This document shows positions 60,430-64,000 of a DNA stretch of 64,000 nucleotides, in pieces (positions within the stretch are counted from its first letter, which is position 1; each line of letters starts with the position of its first letter). The stretch comes from Vicugna vicugna (lineage: Eukaryota). Location of the stretch: the NCBI GenBank assembly GCA_013265495.1, contig MU062841.1, positions 5,481,786-5,545,785 of the forward strand, in the 5' to 3' direction. A program made the position numbers and the translations under genes. The notes under the pieces are model-generated. The model was not told where the DNA came from. It made no database searches and saw only the letters and a program-made list of their open reading frames with translations.

Positions 60430-60965
60430 ATGTCCATGATATCCAAAGCAATCTACAAACTTAATGCAATCCTTATCAAAACCCCAATGTCATTTTTTGC
60501 AAAAAGAAAAAAAAAAGGAGAAACAAAAGAAAAATTCGTCCTAAAATGCACATGTAATCTCAAATAGCCAAAACAATTTTGTAAAAAGAACAAAGTTGGA
60601 GGACCCAGGCTTCCTGACTTCAAAACCTGTTACAAAGACACAGTAATCAAAAAAGTGTAGCACTGGCATAAAGACAGAAAAATATACTAAAAGAACACAA
60701 TTAAGAGTAGAGAAATAAACCCTCATGTATATAAACTCAAAATAAGAAGTTCAGAGAACCCCGAACATTATAAACCCAAAGAAATCCATGCCCAGACATA
60801 TCACAATCAATCTGTGAAAACTAAATCACAAAGGAAAAATCTTGAAAGCAACCAGGTAAATGACACATTACCTATTGGAAAACAACAATTTATATACCCA
60901 TGATGTCTCATGAGGAACTACAGAGGCCAGAAAAAAAAGCAGAACAACATTTTTAAGTGTTGAAA
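60430..60965 (+). mobile_element. Two abutting L1 fragments (ORF2-derived 60430-60735, ORF1-derived 60740-60965)
   Basis: AAAGCAATCTACAAACTTAATGCAATCCTTATCAAAA and GAACAAAGTTGGAGGAC (ORF2), then CCCAGACATATCACAATCAA...AAAATCTTGAAAGCAACCAG (ORF1). Confidence 0.65.
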
Positions 60966-62071
60966 TGGCTGTCAGTTTCATCATTCATATCTCAGCTAAA
61001 ATAGCAGCACTTTAGAATTTTCCAACTATTTAGGCAACTAAAGTCATGCCTTTTTCCAACCACATCAATCTATCATTTTGCCCTATTTTCTTCAGCTCTT
61101 CTTACTTTCTCAAATTATCTTATTTGTTTACCTTGTATCTGTCTCCCCACATCAGACAGCAGAGACCTGTCGAATTCCTTGCTGAATCCCCAAGACCTAG
61201 AACAGGTGCCTGAGACAAGATAGGTGTTCATAAATAAGTTAAATGAATGAATGGAACATCTGACAAGGGACTCGAAGGATAAAGAACTCACTAGGCAAAG
61301 TAAAAGACGAATATTTCAGAAAGAAGGTAGCTTTAAGATACATTTAGAAAGAGCACAGCATGGCACATTTGGGGAACAGTAATTCCAAGAGGTCAGAACA
61401 CAGGAAGCACAGAGTGAGTAAGAGGAGACAAGAAAAGTAGAACTAGAGCCAGATTGGAAAACAAAATACTTTTGTATGTCAGGCCACACAAGTTATTACA
61501 GGTTTTAAGCAGAGGAGGGACTGATCCAATCAATCTATATTTCAGAAATAAAAACATACACATAATGAGGGAATTTTATATTGTCTCCTATATTTGAAAT
61601 TCCTTATATAAGTACATATACGATCTAGTCAAGCTAAAGATGTACATACCTCTGACTGAGCAAATCAAGTTTCTCAAACTGCTAGTCATAACTCACTAAT
61701 GGTGCTTTGAAATCAATTTACTGGATATACTGATTAACATTTTAAAAAATGGAATGAAAAAGAGAATACCAAACTGTATCACACATAGTAAGGGTAAGCA
61801 CTGTTGTGTGAAACTTCTGTTTTAATTACATATACGAGTTACAAGGGATGGGAGAGGCTGTGCCATCCAGGTGATGAGGGCTCAGGCCAAGGGTGTACCA
61901 GGGAGCCCCCTTAATGACTGGCAGGCTTCTCTTAAGGGTGACAGGCAGGGAACAGCCTGATTCACCCCCTCCCCAATGACTGAAAGAAGAATGTCCCCTA
62001 GACAAGGAGTTCTTAACCATACAAGCACTGGGTGAGGATATAAAATATATTTCCTAATGATCCAGACTAGA

Positions 62072-62270
62072 GCAAGAGACTGCAGACTTCTACCCTCAGG
62101 CCAAATCTAGCCTGCCTGCCTGTTTTTATAAATAAAGTTTTACTGGAACACAGTCATACCCCCTCATTTACATTTTGCCTATGGCTGCTTTTGCCCTACA
62201 AAGGCATAGCTGATTAGTTGAGACCAAAGAGCACACAGCCCACAAGCCTAAAATAGTTTGTTGGCCCCTG
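62072..62270 (+). mobile_element. MER58A-like (hAT-Charlie MITE)
   Basis: GGCCAAATCTAGCCTGCC...AAATAAAGTTTTACTGGAACACAG...CTATGGCTGCTTTTG...AAGCCTAAAATAG. Confidence 0.8.
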
Positions 62271-62278
62271 ATCTTAAG

Positions 62279-62470
62279 CACTGATTCCCAACTGGGGCAA
62301 TTTTGTAATATATGGACATATTTTTGGTCGTCCTAACTTGGGAGGGAGTGAGGGGTGCTACGAGTGTCCAGCAAATAGAAGCCGGGATGCTGCTAAACAT
62401 CCTACAGTAAACAGGACAGCCTCTCACATATGGCCCAAAATGTCCATAATGCTAACGCTGAGAAATCCTG
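62279..62470 (+). mobile_element. MER20 (hAT-Charlie MITE)
   Basis: GGGGCAATTTTG...GGATGCTGCTAAACATCCTACAG...TGAGAAATCCTG. Confidence 0.82.
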
Positions 62471-62479
62471 ATCTAAGAG

Positions 62480-62990
62480 AGATGTCTGTAGATATATTAA
62501 CAGGAGACATATACAAGAACATCTGTAGCAGGACTGTTAACAACAGCAAAAACTGACAACACTCCAAATGCCCATCAATGGTAGACTAGATAAATTTATC
62601 CAGTTCTATTCATGCAGTGGAATCTTATGAAGCAATGAATTAACACCCTACAGTTATATATAACAACATAGATGAATCTCAGGCACAACGCTGAATGAAG
62701 GAGGCAAGCTGCAGGATATATACACTGTGATTCCATTTCCGTAAGTTTCAAACAATGTCTATTTTAAGAATACAAATATGTATGGTGTATATTTACAAAA
62801 GCAAAGGAATTACAAAATTCAAAACAGTGCTTAGCTCTGATGAAGAAATGTGATGGGAGTTAGAGATACACTGGCAATTCCAAGTGTTATGTTTTCTTGA
62901 ATCAGCATTCACTGTACTGTTATTCTTTTAAAAATTACATGTTTTGAAAGTATTATTTGTACATACTCATAAATTTTTTTAAATTAGAAA
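62480..62990 (+). mobile_element. Ancient L1 3' end (L1ME-like); similar fragments at ~46320-46770 and ~47255-47790
   Basis: CAACAGCAAAAACTGACAACACTCCAAATGCCCATCAATGGTAG and ACAACATAGATGAATCTCA. Confidence 0.65.
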
Positions 62991-64000
62991 ACAATCATTG
63001 TGAAGGGAAAACAAAGCTAGGACAATAAAATTAAGCCTGAAGTACACAGAAACGCATACCATGAGGACCTGCAGAACTGCCAAGCGTCTAATTTGGCTCT
63101 GACTTTCTCAGCAGACAAGGCACAGGAAAATACAATCAGTTACAGAATTTGCACTGCCAATAAGATAAAAACTTAATAGCTGCTTGGAAGAAGCACAGCA
63201 ATCCCAAGCACTGGATTTTAAAAGAAATCTCTCTCATGAGTCTTCTCAAAGGAACTTGGCATGATACGGTGAGCAATATCCTCCACTTCGGAACAATAAA
63301 CACAATATTGAGTTTCATAAAGCTACTCCTTTAAACAGTGACAGAGCTGATGTGACTATTTTGATACAGTCCAAAACACACAATATTAAGGTTTAAGCAC
63401 TTTAAAATACCAAGTAATGCACAAAACTGCCTTATTCAATCCCTGCCCAGGCCACCTCTGCCACCAGCACCGTGCCAACTTAAAATGGGGCTTGGAGGCA
63501 GAGAGGGAGACCAGAATGGGTTGAGAGAAGTAGGTAAAGCCCAAGAATGGGAGAAGGAATAGGCATTAGGAACCATCGAGCAGATTAACCACATATAACT
63601 GAGTTGAATAAGGGATACTAGTGGTTCCACTCAGAAAGAGCCACTGATCATTTTCAGCAAAGTAGATGCTCAATTCTAAAAAAAAAAAAAACAAAAAACT
63701 TGTGTACCTTTTGAGCAGTCCCATCTTAAACTCTCTGATTTGCTTTTTTAAGGGAAAGACACCAGTACTAGGGTGGAGAGAGTAGAGGGGTGGGGTGGGT
63801 GGAGATGAAGGTCTGTTAGCTTCAGCTCCAAATTGTACAGGAAATCCTCACTGAACTTCCTAACGCTTCTCTCGGTGTGCACTCCCCCACCCCCTGTCTC
63901 TCTCTCTAAATTTTTCTATCACACAATTATGGTTTCTAGAGACATGATGGAATTCTAAGTCTTTTTCAACATGTCCTGTTATTATCCCAATTATAAGATA

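Overview
Mammalian genomic DNA, probably camelid (inferred from three tRNA-Ala-derived SINEs of the camelid vic-1 type and no recognisable ruminant Bov-A/BovB repeats). The window holds the conserved MRPL46-MRPS11-DET1 locus. MRPL46 is on the - strand (4 coding exons, 280 aa). It lies head-to-head with MRPS11 on the + strand (6 coding exons, 196 aa) across a 384-bp CpG-rich bidirectional promoter. DET1 on the - strand converges from the right (4 coding exons, inferred 550 aa); its start codon falls in an N gap and its first non-coding exon presumably lies beyond the window. The rest is introns and intergenic DNA with L1, L2, MIR, MaLR/ERVL LTRs, hAT and TcMar fossils, microsatellites and three assembly gaps. 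The main feature not evident from the gene set is a 5'-truncated, disabled processed pseudogene of TDRD3 (Tudor domain, 3'UTR, poly(A) signal, A-tail, candidate TSD) antisense in MRPL46 intron 3. Also notable: a near-perfect ~365-bp tandem duplication with an indel-heavy difference pattern, an inverted SINE pair in a DET1 intron, and several candidate cryptic or poison exons. I see no evidence of a wholly new biological system. Gene and repeat-family names come from recalled sequences, not database searches, and repeat boundaries are approximate.
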